Below, piece by piece: positions 18,903-29,734 of a DNA stretch of 64,000 bases. A program made the position numbers and the translations under genes. The stretch is from an uncultured Methylomirabilota bacterium (GTDB lineage Bacteria; Methylomirabilota; Methylomirabilia; Methylomirabilales; 2-02-FULL-66-22), in contig CAWJSJ010000002.1 of the NCBI GenBank assembly GCA_963845565.1, positions 768,001-832,000 of the forward strand, in the 5' to 3' direction. How positions within the stretch are numbered: position 1 is the first letter of the stretch; every line of letters begins with the position of its first letter. A model generated the notes under the pieces. It was given only the letters and a program-made list of their open reading frames with translations. It did no database searches and had not been told where the DNA came from.

Positions 18903-20807
18903 ATGACGCAGATTCCGACGCAGCACGTCGCGCGGCTGATTGCCATGGAGCGGCGGGCGCAGACGATCGCGGAGGCGGGCGGTCTCGAGGCGGCATTGGC
19001 GGGCGGCACGCTCCCCAATCCGATCGACACGACGCTGGCGGAAGGTCTGGTCCTGGGCCTCCTGAAGCAGGGGGTGCGGAAATACCTGGCGGTGTTCGGG
19101 CACGGCTCCACGGATCTCGCGGAGGTGCTCCGGGTCTATGAGGCCGCCGGCCTCACGCGGACCTACAATTTTCGCCACGAGACGGCCATGGCCCACGCGG
19201 CCACCGCGCTCAAGTGGCACTACGGCGAGACGGCCGCCGTGGTGACGTCCATCGGGCCGGGGGCGCTGCACGCCTTTGCGGGCTCGCTCGCCGCCGCGTC
19301 CAACGGGATCGGCGTCTACCACATCTACGGGGACGAGACGACCCACGGGGAGGGGCCGAACATGCAGGCCATCCCCAAGCACGCGCAGGGTCTCTTCGGC
19401 CAGCTCACGGCCCTGATGGGCGAGTCCTACGTCCTGCACACGCCCGAGGCCCTGCGCGCAGCGTTGCGCCGCGGGAGCTTGGCCGTCCACCGCTCGTTCC
19501 GGGCCGGTCCGTTCTTTCTGCTCTTGCCGCTCAATACCCAGCCGGCGCGGATCGCGAGCCTGAACCTGGAGGCGCTCCCCGGACCGCTCGCGCCGCCACC
19601 CATGGCGGTCGGGGATCCGGCGATTGTGGCCGCAGCGCTCGGACTCATCCAGACGCATCGCCGGATCGTCGTCAAGGTGGGTGGTGGCGCCCGCGCCTTC
19701 GCCCGGCAGGTGCGGGCCCTCATCGAGGCGATCGGCGCCGTCGCCGTGCTGTCGCCCGGAGCGCTCGGGGTGGTGCCCGACGACCACCCGCGGAACATGG
19801 GGGTGATGGGGAGCAAGGGGTCGCTGTCCGGCAACTATGCGACCAGCCACGCCGATCTCCTGATCGTCATCGGGTCGCGGGGGGTGTGTCAGGCGGATTG
19901 CTCGGGGACGGGCTACGCGTCGGCGTCCGCGGTGATCAACATCAACGCGGACCTCGGCGACGTCACCCATTACAACCGGACCGTCGCCCTGCCGGGGGAT
20001 ATCGGGGTCGTGATCGGCCAGCTCCGGGAGGCGCTCCAGAGGCAGGGCGGAGTCGACCTGGAACGGGCCGAGGCCTGGCTCGACGCCACGGCGGCGAAGA
20101 AGCGGGAGTGGCAAGCCCTCAAAGCCGAGCGCTACGCCCATCCGGTCCTGCCCGACCCCATGTGGGGGCGGCCCGTCCTGACCCAACCCGCCGCGATCAA
20201 GATCGCTTGCGACTTCGCCAACAGCATTCGCGCCGTGAAGTTCTTCGACGCCGGCGATGTGCAGGCGGTCGGGTTCCAGGTGGCGGAGGACGACGAGCCG
20301 ACCCAGACGATCACGGAGACCGGGGCCTCGCACATGGGGTTTGCGGTGAGCGCACTGCTCGCCTCGGGCGTGGCGGACCGACCGCAGTACGGGATCGCGT
20401 TCAGCGGGGACGGGTCGTTCTTCATGAATCCGCAGGTCCTGGTGGACGGCGTCCTGCACGGCGCCCGCGGGACGATCCTCCTGCTGGACAATCGCCGGAT
20501 GGCGGCCATCTCGGGTTTGCAGGAGGCGCAGTACGGCGAGGCGTTCCGGACGCATGACGCGGTGCCGGTGGATTACGTCCGCCTGGCCTCGGCGGTGCCG
20601 GGGGTGAAGGCGCTCTCGGGCGGCGACACCCCGGACGCACTGTGGGTCGCCCTGACGGAGGCGTCCCGGCACCAGGGGCTCTCGCTGGTGCACGTGCCGG
20701 TCTACTACGGGCCCGATCCGCTGGGCGGCCTCGGCGCCTACGGCGTCTGGAACGTTGGGAACTGGTGCGAGGACGTGCAGGCCAGCTACCACAGCCAGAT
20801 CATCTAG
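18903..20807 (+). CDS. Thiamine pyrophosphate-dependent enzyme (IolD/acetolactate synthase-like)
   Basis: VFGHG, RHETAMAHAA, TSIGPGA; TPP motif GDGSFFMN...DN. Confidence 0.88.
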   Translation: MTQIPTQHVARLIAMERRAQTIAEAGGLEAALAGGTLPNPIDTTLAEGLVLGLLKQGVRKYLAVFGHGSTDLAEVLRVYEAAGLTRTYNFRHETAMAHAATALKWHYGETAAVVTSIGPGALHAFAGSLAAASNGIGVYHIYGDETTHGEGPNMQAIPKHAQGLFGQLTALMGESYVLHTPEALRAALRRGSLAVHRSFRAGPFFLLLPLNTQPARIASLNLEALPGPLAPPPMAVGDPAIVAAALGLIQTHRRIVVKVGGGARAFARQVRALIEAIGAVAVLSPGALGVVPDDHPRNMGVMGSKGSLSGNYATSHADLLIVIGSRGVCQADCSGTGYASASAVININADLGDVTHYNRTVALPGDIGVVIGQLREALQRQGGVDLERAEAWLDATAAKKREWQALKAERYAHPVLPDPMWGRPVLTQPAAIKIACDFANSIRAVKFFDAGDVQAVGFQVAEDDEPTQTITETGASHMGFAVSALLASGVADRPQYGIAFSGDGSFFMNPQVLVDGVLHGARGTILLLDNRRMAAISGLQEAQYGEAFRTHDAVPVDYVRLASAVPGVKALSGGDTPDALWVALTEASRHQGLSLVHVPVYYGPDPLGGLGAYGVWNVGNWCEDVQASYHSQII

Positions 20808-20810
20808 CAC

Positions 20811-20948
20811 GGCTGCTGAAAAAGGCCCATCTGCTTCGTTGGCCCGCCTCGGCACTCGCTGCGACGTACCGCCAGTACGCCTGGACCCAGCGGACTGGGT
20901 ACCCCGCCTGCGGCGTGCCGCCTTGCAGCTGAGCCTTTTTGAGCAGCC
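20811..20948 (+). mobile_element. ~140-bp MITE-like element, family B, copy 1
   Basis: Terminal IRs GGCTGCTGAAAAAGG / CCTTTTTGAGCAGCC; related copies at 52392 and 56442. Confidence 0.82.
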
Positions 20949-21022
20949 TGGACCTGAAGAGTAGTCGTCTGTGGCGTAAGGGGGAAGTGTAAGGCGCTGG
21001 AGGGGAAGGTTCGGCTGATCTG

Positions 21023-24000
21023 ATGCTCATTCTCCATCAGAGTAACCGCCTGGAGCGGCTGGCCGATGATCTGGCCGAGGTGCTGCGCGTCCCCCTCGCG
21101 CCGCCGCTCACGCCCGAGATCATCGCGGTCCAGAGCAACGGGATGGCCCGCTGGCTCCGGATGCGGCTGGCGGACCGCCTCGGCGTCTCCGCCAATATCG
21201 ACTTTCCCCTCCCCTCGAGTCTAATCTGGAAACTGTTCGGCCGGATCCTCTCCGACGTGCCGGACCACTCCCCCTATGATCGGGAGGTCCTGGTCTGGCG
21301 CCTGATGGGACTGCTCCCCACCATCGCCGGCGGGGAGGCCTTCGCGCCGCTCCGCGCCTATCTCGCGGATGCCGGGGACGACCTCCGCCGCCATCAGCTC
21401 GCCTCGCGGATCGCCGACCTGTTCGACCAGTATCTGGTCTACCGGCCGGACTGGATCCTGGACTGGGAGCGGGGGGGCGGGGAGTCCTGGCACGCTCCCC
21501 TCTGGCGCGAGCTGGTCCGGTCGGTCGGGGGCACCCACCGGGTGCGGGTACAGGAGCGCTTCCTGGCCGCGCTGGACGGTGGGCCGTCCGCGCCGCGCGG
21601 GCTCCCCTCCCGGCTCAGCCTCTTCGGCATCCCGACGCTGCCGCCGGTGCAGCTCGAGGTCTTCGCCCGGCTGGCCGAACACCTCGACGTCCACCTCTTC
21701 CTGCTCAATCCCTGCCGGCAGTTCTGGGCCGAGATTCGATCCGAACGCGAGATCGCCCGGCGCGTCAAAGACCGGGATCCGCGCGAGCTGTACCTGGAGA
21801 CCGGCAACAGCCTGCTGGCCGCCTGCGGCAAGCAGGGGCGGGATTTTCTGGCGCTGCTCCTGGATTGCGATCCGCACGAGGTGGGGGAGTTCGAGGAGCC
21901 TGGCGAGGACAGCCTGCTCCACTGTCTCCAGACAGACATCCTCCACCTGCGGAATCGGGGGGAGGACGGGGCGCCCCGCGCCCGCATCCGGGCTGACGAC
22001 CGGTCGGTCCAGGTCCATTCCTGCCACGGCCCCATGCGCGAGCTGGAGGTTCTCTACGACCAGCTCCTTGCCCTCTTCGAGGCCGACCCCGGGCTCGAGC
22101 CGGGGGACGTCGCCGTCATGACCCCCGACATCGAGGCCTACGCACCCTTCATCGAGGCGGTCTTCGGAACCGCGGAGCCGGACCGCAGGATTCCCTTCAG
22201 CATCGCGGACCGGCGCCAGCGGACGGAGAGCCCGGTGGCGATTGCCTTCTTCTCGTTGCTAGAGGTCGTGGAAAGCCGCTTCGGGGCGGACCAGGTGCTG
22301 GGCCTCCTGGAGATCGAGCCGGTGCGTCGGCGATCGGGCATTGCAGAGGCCGACCTGCAAGAGATCCGGGATTGGATCCGCGCGACCGGCGTGCGCTGGG
22401 GCGTGGACGGCGAGAGCCGCGCGGCACTGGATCTGCCGGCCACCGCGGAGCATACCTGGCGCGCGGGCCTGGACCGACTGCTCCTGGGCTATGCCCTGCC
22501 CGCGGGCGGTCGGCGGCTCTTCGGCGGGATCCTGCCCTACGACGAGGTCGAAGGGGCCGCCAGCCGAGGCCTGGGCCGACTCTGCTCCTTCGCCGAGGCG
22601 CTCTTCGCCGCACGGGAAGAGCTGGCGCGCGCCCGGCCGGTCTCCGAGTGGGCGGACTGCTTCCTGCGCCTCCTGGATCGGTTCCTGGAGGCAGGCGAGG
22701 ACGAGGAGGAGCAGGTCGCCCACATCCGAAGGGCGGCCTCGGCGCTGGCCGCGGAGGCTGGCCAGGCCGACTTCGGGGATCCGGTGTCGCTCGCGGTCGC
22801 GCGGTCCGCCCTCCAGGCCGCGCTCGGGGCAGGGCAGGGCGGCGGGCGATTCCTGGCGGGGCGGGTGACCTTCTGTGCCATGGTCCCGATGCGGAGCGTC
22901 CCCTTCCAGGTGGTCTGTCTCATCGGGCTGAACGACGGGAGTTATCCGCGCAGCCGCCGCGCGCCGGGCTTCGACCTGATGAGCGACGACACGCGAACCG
23001 GCGACCGCTCGCGGCGCGACGATGACCGCTACCTGTTTCTGGAGGCCATCGTCTCGGCGCGTCGCGTCCTGTATCTGAGCTTCGTGGGGCAGAGCAACCG
23101 GGACAACGCCCCGCTCCCCCCCTCGGTCCTGGTGAGCGAGCTCTTGGAGTACGTGGAGCGGGGGTTCGCCCTCGGGGACAGGGAAACACCCGTCCGCGAT
23201 GGGCTGCTCACCCGCCACCCGCTGCACGCGTTCAGCCCACGCTACTTCCGGGGCGGCGCGGCCGGCTCGCGGCTCTTCAGCTACTCGGAAGAGTACTGCG
23301 AGGCCAGCCGGCGGCGGAGATCGGGCGGCGAACCGGAGCCGTTTCTCGATCGCCCCCTGGCAGAGCCGCCGGACGAGTGGCGCAGGGCGGATCTGACTCG
23401 CTTCATTCGCTTCTTCCGGCAGCCGGTGAGGTATTTGGCTCGCGAACGGCTACGGATCCACCTGGAGGAGCAGGAGGGGCTGCTGGAGAGCCGCGAGCCG
23501 TTCATCCTGGACGGCCTGGCGGCTTACACCCTCCGGCAGGAGCTGCTCGACCTCCGGTTCGCGGGCGGCTCGATGGAGGGTGGCTGGGAAATCGCCCGCG
23601 CCGGCGGGCGGCTGCCGCAGGGGCACGTGGGAGAAGTGTGCTTCGTCGGGGAGGCCGAGAAGGTCGAGGCCTTCGCCAGGCGCCTCGACACGCGCCGAGC
23701 CGTCCCGCGCCTGGACCCGATTCCCGTGGACGGAGACCTCGGCCCCATCCGGCTGACCGGCTGGCTGACGGGCGTGAGTCCCCAGGGCCTCCTGGAGTAC
23801 CGGCTGACCACGGCCAAGCCCAAGGATTGGATCGCGCTCTGGCTGCGGCACCTGCTCTTGAACAGCCTGCGGCCGCCGGGGGTGACCCCCGAGAGCTGCT
23901 GGCTCGGCGAGGACGAGGAGATCCTGCTGGGACCGGTGGACGACCCGCTGCCCCGTCTCGCCGCGCTGGCCGAGATCTATTGGACCGGCCTCTCGCGGCC

Positions 24001-24244
24001 CCTGCATCTCTTCTCGGAGGCGGGTTTCGCCTACGCCGAGTGCGTGCACAAGGGCCAGGGCGCGGAGCGGGCGCTCGCGGCCGCCCGCACGGTGTGGGTC
24101 GGAAACGTATTCTCGAAGAAGGCTCCGGAAGGAGAGGACCCCTACCATCGCCTCGTCTTTCGGGACCGCGACCCGCTGGACGCCGACTTCGCGCGGCTGT
24201 CGCGGGAGGTCTTCCTGCCCATGTTGGAGCACCGGCGGCCATGA
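21023..24244 (+). CDS. recC: Exodeoxyribonuclease V gamma subunit
   Basis: HQSNRLERL, VQSNGMARWL, DLFDQYLVYRPDW, HSCHGPMRELEVL, DRYLFLEAIVSAR; 1073 aa. Confidence 0.95.
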   Translation: MLILHQSNRLERLADDLAEVLRVPLAPPLTPEIIAVQSNGMARWLRMRLADRLGVSANIDFPLPSSLIWKLFGRILSDVPDHSPYDREVLVWRLMGLLPTIAGGEAFAPLRAYLADAGDDLRRHQLASRIADLFDQYLVYRPDWILDWERGGGESWHAPLWRELVRSVGGTHRVRVQERFLAALDGGPSAPRGLPSRLSLFGIPTLPPVQLEVFARLAEHLDVHLFLLNPCRQFWAEIRSEREIARRVKDRDPRELYLETGNSLLAACGKQGRDFLALLLDCDPHEVGEFEEPGEDSLLHCLQTDILHLRNRGEDGAPRARIRADDRSVQVHSCHGPMRELEVLYDQLLALFEADPGLEPGDVAVMTPDIEAYAPFIEAVFGTAEPDRRIPFSIADRRQRTESPVAIAFFSLLEVVESRFGADQVLGLLEIEPVRRRSGIAEADLQEIRDWIRATGVRWGVDGESRAALDLPATAEHTWRAGLDRLLLGYALPAGGRRLFGGILPYDEVEGAASRGLGRLCSFAEALFAAREELARARPVSEWADCFLRLLDRFLEAGEDEEEQVAHIRRAASALAAEAGQADFGDPVSLAVARSALQAALGAGQGGGRFLAGRVTFCAMVPMRSVPFQVVCLIGLNDGSYPRSRRAPGFDLMSDDTRTGDRSRRDDDRYLFLEAIVSARRVLYLSFVGQSNRDNAPLPPSVLVSELLEYVERGFALGDRETPVRDGLLTRHPLHAFSPRYFRGGAAGSRLFSYSEEYCEASRRRRSGGEPEPFLDRPLAEPPDEWRRADLTRFIRFFRQPVRYLARERLRIHLEEQEGLLESREPFILDGLAAYTLRQELLDLRFAGGSMEGGWEIARAGGRLPQGHVGEVCFVGEAEKVEAFARRLDTRRAVPRLDPIPVDGDLGPIRLTGWLTGVSPQGLLEYRLTTAKPKDWIALWLRHLLLNSLRPPGVTPESCWLGEDEEILLGPVDDPLPRLAALAEIYWTGLSRPLHLFSEAGFAYAECVHKGQGAERALAAARTVWVGNVFSKKAPEGEDPYHRLVFRDRDPLDADFARLSREVFLPMLEHRRP

Positions 24245-27200
24245 GCGCCGGGACGCGGGGTCGGACCCGTCCGCTGGACCTCCTGGCGGAGCCCCTGGAA
24301 GGCCTGCGCCTCATCGAAGCCAGTGCCGGGACGGGGAAGACTCACACCCTGGCGGATCTCTACCTCCGGCTGGTACTGGAGGGCGGGCGGACGGTGGACC
24401 AGATCCTGGTCGTCACCTTCACGGTCGCCGCCACCGCGGAGTTGCGCGACCGGATCCGCGCCCGGCTGGAGGCGGCACGCCAGGCGTTCCTCCGTGGGGC
24501 GCCGACAGATCCCAGGGACGATGTCCTGGCCGGCCTGCTGGCCCGGAACCCCGAGTGCGCTGTGGCCGCCCGCCGGCTCGCCCAGGCGGTGCAGAGCTTT
24601 GACGAGGCGGCGATCCTCACCATCCACGGATTCTGCCAGCGGGTGCTACGGGAGAGCGCCTTCGAAAGCACCCAGCCGTTCGAGGTCGAGTTGGTTCCGG
24701 ACGAAGGCGAGATCCTGCAAGAGGTGGTGGACGACTTCTGGCGGAAGACCCTCTATCAGGGTCCGCGGCTCCTGGTCGGGTACCTGCTGCGGGAGGGGTG
24801 GACACCGGAGGGACTCGTCAAGACCGTCCGGCCGTACCTGCGGAGACCGTCGCTCGCCGTCCGTCCACCCGCGCCCCCCGCTGTTGGGTCGGAGGCCGAA
24901 TCGCTCTACACGGCCTGCTACCGCGAGGCGCGTGAGGCCTGGCAGACGGACCGGGTAGCGATCGGGAGGCTGCTTGGCAGTCAGACGTCGCTGAACGGCT
25001 CGAAGTACCCGCCGAGATCCCTCCCGGCCTGGCTGGAGGAGATCGACGCCTTCTTGCGGCCGGCCGAGGCCCATGCTGCCTGGTGCACCCGCGTCGAGAA
25101 GTTCACGACGCGCGCGTTGGGCGCGGCCATCAAGAAGGGGGGCACCCCGCCGGCTCACCCGGTCTTCACCACCTGCGAGCGGCTGACGGCGGCCTGGCAG
25201 TCGCTGGCGGAACACCTCGCCTTCCGGGCCAGGACGCTCAGGCTGGAGTTACTCGAGTACTGCCGGCGGGAGCTGGCCGCACGGAAGGAACGCCGGCAGC
25301 TCACGGCGTATCAGGACCTCCTGCTGCGTCTGGATCGCACGCTCGCGGCCCCGCACGGCTCGGCGCTGGCCGCCAGCCTGCGCCGGCATTATTCCGCGGC
25401 GCTGATCGACGAGTTTCAGGACACCGACCCCACCCAGTACTCGATCTTCCGGCAGATCTACGCCGGAAGCCGGCTCCCGGTCTTTCTGGTGGGGGATCCC
25501 AAGCAGGCCATCTTCGGTTTCCGGGGGGCGGACATCTTCGCGTATCTGGCGGCGGGTCGCGACGCGGAGGCGCGACGCACGCTGGATCGAAACTGGCGCT
25601 CCGCTCCCGGGTTGGTCCGGGCGGTAAACGCCGTCTTCGGGAGGGCCGGAGACCCGTTCCTGTTCGACGAGATCTCGTTCCATCCGGTGCGGCCGGCCGA
25701 GAAGGAGCGACGGCCGCTCGTCGTCGCGGCGGACGACGAGGCGCCGCTCCGGATCTGGTGCCTCACCCGCGCGGGCGAACGTGAGCCGATGCCCAAGGAG
25801 AAGGCCTCGCCCGCTGCCATCCAGGCCACGGCGGCCGAGATTGCGCGGCTTCTCGCGGCGGCAGGTCGAGACGAGGCCCGCATCGGGGCGACAGCGCTCA
25901 CGGGAGGGGACATCGCCGTCTTGGTGCGGACCAACGCCCAGGCCGACCGGGTGCGGGAGGCGCTCCTCGCGCGTGGGGTGGCCAGCGTCCAGCTCGGCGA
26001 GGCGAGCGTCTTTTCGTCGCACGAGGCGGCGGAGGTCGAGCGCGTCCTCTTGGCCGTGGCGCAGCCGGGGCGCGAGCCGCTGGTGCGGGCCGCTCTGGCC
26101 ACGGATCTCTTCGGCCTCGGCGGGAATGCGCTGGAGTCGCTCGACGAGGACGAGGCGGCCTGGGAGGCACGCGCGAATGCGTTCCTGGACTACCAGGCGC
26201 TCTGGCGGGACCAGGGATTCGTCCAGATGTTCCGCCGACTGATGAAGGCGGAGGGTGTGGCGGCGCGCCTCCTGAGATACGAGGACGGGGAGCGGCGACT
26301 CACCAACGTCCTGCACCTCACGGAGTTGCTGCAGGCGGCAGCCGGCGCGGACCACCTGGGGATGGAGGGCCTGATCGACTGGCTTGCGGCGCACCGGCAG
26401 AATGGAGAGACGGCGCCCGAGGAGGCCCAGCTTCGCCTGGAGAGCGACGAGAACCTGGTCAAGATCGCCACCATCCACAAGAGCAAGGGTCTGCAGTACC
26501 CGGTGGTCTTTTGCCCGTTCCTGTGGGACGTCTCGCTCCGCGGCACGGACGATGGAGTCGGCGTGCTGTTCCACGACCCGGCTGCTCAGAATACGCCCAC
26601 GCTGGACGCGGGCTCGGACCGGTTCGACGAGGCCCGGGAGGCTGCCGAGCGCGAGGCGTTGGCCGAGCATCTGCGGCTCGCGTACGTTGCCATGACGCGA
26701 GCCGAGCATCGCTGCACGATCGTGTGGGGGAACATCAACGGGGGGGAATTGTCGGGGCTGGCTTACCTGCTGCATCAGCCGGCGGAGCTGGCGCCGGGGG
26801 CGGACCGGGCGGCCGCCGTCCGCGCGCGCGCCAGGGGACTCGACGACCGGGAGGTCCTGGCCGATCTCTTGCGGTTGGCAGACGCCGCCGGGGGCGTGAT
26901 CGCGGTCAGGAGCGTCTCCCCGGCGGAGCCGCTCGCAACCCGCCCCTCGGCACCCGCCATGGAGTCGCTCCAGGCGCGGCCGTTCGCCGGGCGGATCGCG
27001 AAAGGGTGGCAGATCACCAGCTTCTCGGGACTCACGGCGGGCAGCCATCGGGAGGCGCCTGATCACGATGCCGCCCCCCCGGTGGAGCGAGGCGGGCGGA
27101 CGCTCCTGCCCGGTCAGCCCCCGGCCGATATCGCCGACTTCCCGCGCGGCGTCCGGGCGGGAATCTTCATGCACGCCCTCTTCGCCTCGCTGGATTTCGC

Positions 27201-27861
27201 GCGGGCCGACCGGGAGGGCATCCAGGCGGCCGCCGGCCAAGCGCTCCGGGAGCACGGCTTCGATGTGGCCTGGCAGACCGCCGTGGCGGACACGGCGGAG
27301 AAGGTCCTGCGGACGCCGCTGGATGCCGCAACCGGTCTCTGCCTGGCCTGCGTGGAGCGAGTCCAGCGGCTGGACGAGCTGACGTTCCACTTTCCGGTGG
27401 CCCGCCTCGATCCGGGACGGCTGACCGCCCTGCTCCGCACACACGGCCACGACGGACCCATCCGAGGGCCAATTTCGGAATTGGCGTTCGACCCGGTGCG
27501 GGGCTACATGACCGGCTCCATGGATCTGGTCTTCGAGGCGGGAGGCCGCTACTACCTCGCGGACTACAAATCGAACTGGCTGGGCGAGGGACCGGACGCC
27601 TACCGGGCGGAGTGGCTGCCCCAGGTGATGGCCCGCGAGACCTATGACCTGCAGTACCTTATTTATACCGTGGCGCTCACCCGGTATCTCGGGCAGCGCC
27701 TGCCGGAGTTCCAGTATGCGCGGGACTTCGGCGGCGTGTTCTACCTGTTCGTGCGGGGGATGGATCCGGCACGAGGCGCGGACTTCGGCGTCTACCGAGG
27801 CCGCCCGCGCGAGGAGTTGATCGTCGCACTGGATCGGTACCTCGCCTCTGGGCTCTTTTGA
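24241..27861 (+). CDS. recB: Exodeoxyribonuclease V beta subunit
   Basis: IEASAGTGKT, LIDEFQDTD, VGDPKQAI, TIHKSKGLQY, YVAMTRA; nuclease motif GSMDLVF...DYKSN; ATGA overlap with recC. Confidence 0.95.
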   Translation: MSAGTRGRTRPLDLLAEPLEGLRLIEASAGTGKTHTLADLYLRLVLEGGRTVDQILVVTFTVAATAELRDRIRARLEAARQAFLRGAPTDPRDDVLAGLLARNPECAVAARRLAQAVQSFDEAAILTIHGFCQRVLRESAFESTQPFEVELVPDEGEILQEVVDDFWRKTLYQGPRLLVGYLLREGWTPEGLVKTVRPYLRRPSLAVRPPAPPAVGSEAESLYTACYREAREAWQTDRVAIGRLLGSQTSLNGSKYPPRSLPAWLEEIDAFLRPAEAHAAWCTRVEKFTTRALGAAIKKGGTPPAHPVFTTCERLTAAWQSLAEHLAFRARTLRLELLEYCRRELAARKERRQLTAYQDLLLRLDRTLAAPHGSALAASLRRHYSAALIDEFQDTDPTQYSIFRQIYAGSRLPVFLVGDPKQAIFGFRGADIFAYLAAGRDAEARRTLDRNWRSAPGLVRAVNAVFGRAGDPFLFDEISFHPVRPAEKERRPLVVAADDEAPLRIWCLTRAGEREPMPKEKASPAAIQATAAEIARLLAAAGRDEARIGATALTGGDIAVLVRTNAQADRVREALLARGVASVQLGEASVFSSHEAAEVERVLLAVAQPGREPLVRAALATDLFGLGGNALESLDEDEAAWEARANAFLDYQALWRDQGFVQMFRRLMKAEGVAARLLRYEDGERRLTNVLHLTELLQAAAGADHLGMEGLIDWLAAHRQNGETAPEEAQLRLESDENLVKIATIHKSKGLQYPVVFCPFLWDVSLRGTDDGVGVLFHDPAAQNTPTLDAGSDRFDEAREAAEREALAEHLRLAYVAMTRAEHRCTIVWGNINGGELSGLAYLLHQPAELAPGADRAAAVRARARGLDDREVLADLLRLADAAGGVIAVRSVSPAEPLATRPSAPAMESLQARPFAGRIAKGWQITSFSGLTAGSHREAPDHDAAPPVERGGRTLLPGQPPADIADFPRGVRAGIFMHALFASLDFARADREGIQAAAGQALREHGFDVAWQTAVADTAEKVLRTPLDAATGLCLACVERVQRLDELTFHFPVARLDPGRLTALLRTHGHDGPIRGPISELAFDPVRGYMTGSMDLVFEAGGRYYLADYKSNWLGEGPDAYRAEWLPQVMARETYDLQYLIYTVALTRYLGQRLPEFQYARDFGGVFYLFVRGMDPARGADFGVYRGRPREELIVALDRYLASGLF

Positions 27862-27883
27862 GCAACCTGCCGGGAGACGTGGC

Positions 27884-29734
27884 ATGAAGATCTGGGGGAA
27901 CGCGCAGGCGATCGCCGAGACCGGCGGCCTGGACGCGCACATGGCCCGGCTGCTGTCGCGGCTGGCCGGGCAAGAGGATCCCCTGCTCGCGCTCGGCGTG
28001 CGCCTGGTCTGCCGCGCGACGAGCCAGGGGCACATCTGCGTGAGCCTGGCCGACGCCGCGGGGGAGCCGCTCGCCGCGCTGGGCGAGGTCGAGCCGGGGC
28101 TCGCCCCGCCGCTCCCGGTCTGGTGCGAGGCCCTGCGACGACACCAGGTCGTGGGCCGGCCCGGCGACTACGCGCCACTCGTCCTGGACGAGGCCGGCCG
28201 CCTGTATCTGTATCGCTACTGGGCCTACCAGCACGAGCTCGCGCTGGATCTCCAGACCCGCGTCGCCGACAATCCGGTGGATGTGGGCCCGCGGCGACTG
28301 CGGGACGGGCTCGATCGGCTCTTCCCGCCCACGGCCGAGGGGGCGGACCGGCAGCGCCTGGCCGCGGCCGTGGCCGCACTGAAGCGCTTCTCCGTCATCT
28401 CCGGCGGTCCGGGGACGGGCAAGACCACCACCGTGGTGCGCATCCTCGCCCTGCTGCTGGAGCAGGCGCCGGCCCCCCTCCGCATCGCCCTCGCGGCCCC
28501 CACCGGGAAGGCGGCGGCGAGGATGCAGGACGCCATCCGAGCCAGCCGGGAGACGCTGCCGGTGGATGCCCGCATTCGCGATGCCATCCCCGCCGAGGCG
28601 ACGACGATCCACCGGCTGTTGGGGTTTCGGCCGGGGTCGGTCGCTTTTCGGCACGATCGAGACAATCCCGTGCCTGTGGACGTCCTGGTGGTGGACGAGG
28701 CCTCGATGGTGGACCTGGCGCTCATGACGAAGCTGGTCCGGGCCGTGCCGAGAACGGCGCGGCTGATCCTGCTGGGGGACAAGGACCAGCTCGCCTCGGT
28801 CGAGGCGGGCGCGGTGCTGGGCGACATCTGCGGCGACTCGCCGGGGTTCTCGCCGGCCTTTCGACGGCGAATGATCGAGGTGACCGGGCAGGATCCGGCG
28901 GACGTGGGCAGCGCAGCGTCCCTCGATCGATCGGCGGCTGAGGCGGGGCCGCCGATACGCGACGCCATCGTCCAGTTGACCCGGAGCTACCGCTTCGGCC
29001 AGGACAGCGGCATCGGCCGACTGGCGCAATTCGTGAACCGGGGGGACGGCCAATCGGCCCTGGACCTCCTCACGCGAGGCGAGTGCGAGGATATCGTCTG
29101 GCGTCCCCTGGAGTCGCCCCGGGATCTCGCGCCGCGGCTCGCCGAGATCGCAGGAAGGCTGGGGGCGTATCTGGCTGCCGAGACCCCTGAGGCGGTCCTG
29201 ACGGCTCTGGATGGGTTCCGCGTCCTCTGCGCCCACCGCACCGGACCCTACGGGGTGGAAACCCTGAACACGCTGATTACGAACTGCCTGGAGTCGCGAC
29301 GCGCGATTCGTCCGCGGACGCCCTGGTACCACGGCCGACCGGTGCTGGTCACGGCGAACGACCACAACCTTCGCCTCTTCAACGGGGACCTGGGCATCAC
29401 GCTGGCCGACGCGGCGGCGAGCGACAGGCTTCGCGTCTTCTTCCGCACGGCCGACGGCAGCGTGCGCCGACTACCGCCCGCACGGTTGCCCGAACACGAG
29501 ACGGCCTTTGCCGCCACGGTCCACAAGAGCCAGGGCTCCGAGGCGGACGAGATTCTGTTGATCCTCCCGGACGAGCTGACCCCCGTCATGACGCGCGAGC
29601 TCGTCTACACCGGCCTCACGCGCGCCCGCCGCCGCGTCGAGGTCTGGGGGAGCGCCGCGGTCCTGGCCGCCGCAATCTCGCGCCGCCTCTCGCGCTCCTC
29701 CGGACTGCGCGACGCCTTGTGGGGAACCACATGA
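27884..29734 (+). CDS. recD: Exodeoxyribonuclease V alpha subunit
   Basis: LYLYRYW, GGPGTGKTT, AAPTGKAA, VDEASMVD, GDKDQLASVEAG, TVHKSQGSE, YTGLTRAR. Confidence 0.95.
   Translation: MKIWGNAQAIAETGGLDAHMARLLSRLAGQEDPLLALGVRLVCRATSQGHICVSLADAAGEPLAALGEVEPGLAPPLPVWCEALRRHQVVGRPGDYAPLVLDEAGRLYLYRYWAYQHELALDLQTRVADNPVDVGPRRLRDGLDRLFPPTAEGADRQRLAAAVAALKRFSVISGGPGTGKTTTVVRILALLLEQAPAPLRIALAAPTGKAAARMQDAIRASRETLPVDARIRDAIPAEATTIHRLLGFRPGSVAFRHDRDNPVPVDVLVVDEASMVDLALMTKLVRAVPRTARLILLGDKDQLASVEAGAVLGDICGDSPGFSPAFRRRMIEVTGQDPADVGSAASLDRSAAEAGPPIRDAIVQLTRSYRFGQDSGIGRLAQFVNRGDGQSALDLLTRGECEDIVWRPLESPRDLAPRLAEIAGRLGAYLAAETPEAVLTALDGFRVLCAHRTGPYGVETLNTLITNCLESRRAIRPRTPWYHGRPVLVTANDHNLRLFNGDLGITLADAAASDRLRVFFRTADGSVRRLPPARLPEHETAFAATVHKSQGSEADEILLILPDELTPVMTRELVYTGLTRARRRVEVWGSAAVLAAAISRRLSRSSGLRDALWGTT

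Noticed and set aside
23377..24240. N-terminal extension of the 1494-aa ORF
   Set aside because: It is an off-frame overlap with recC; RecB motifs begin after the ATG at 24241.
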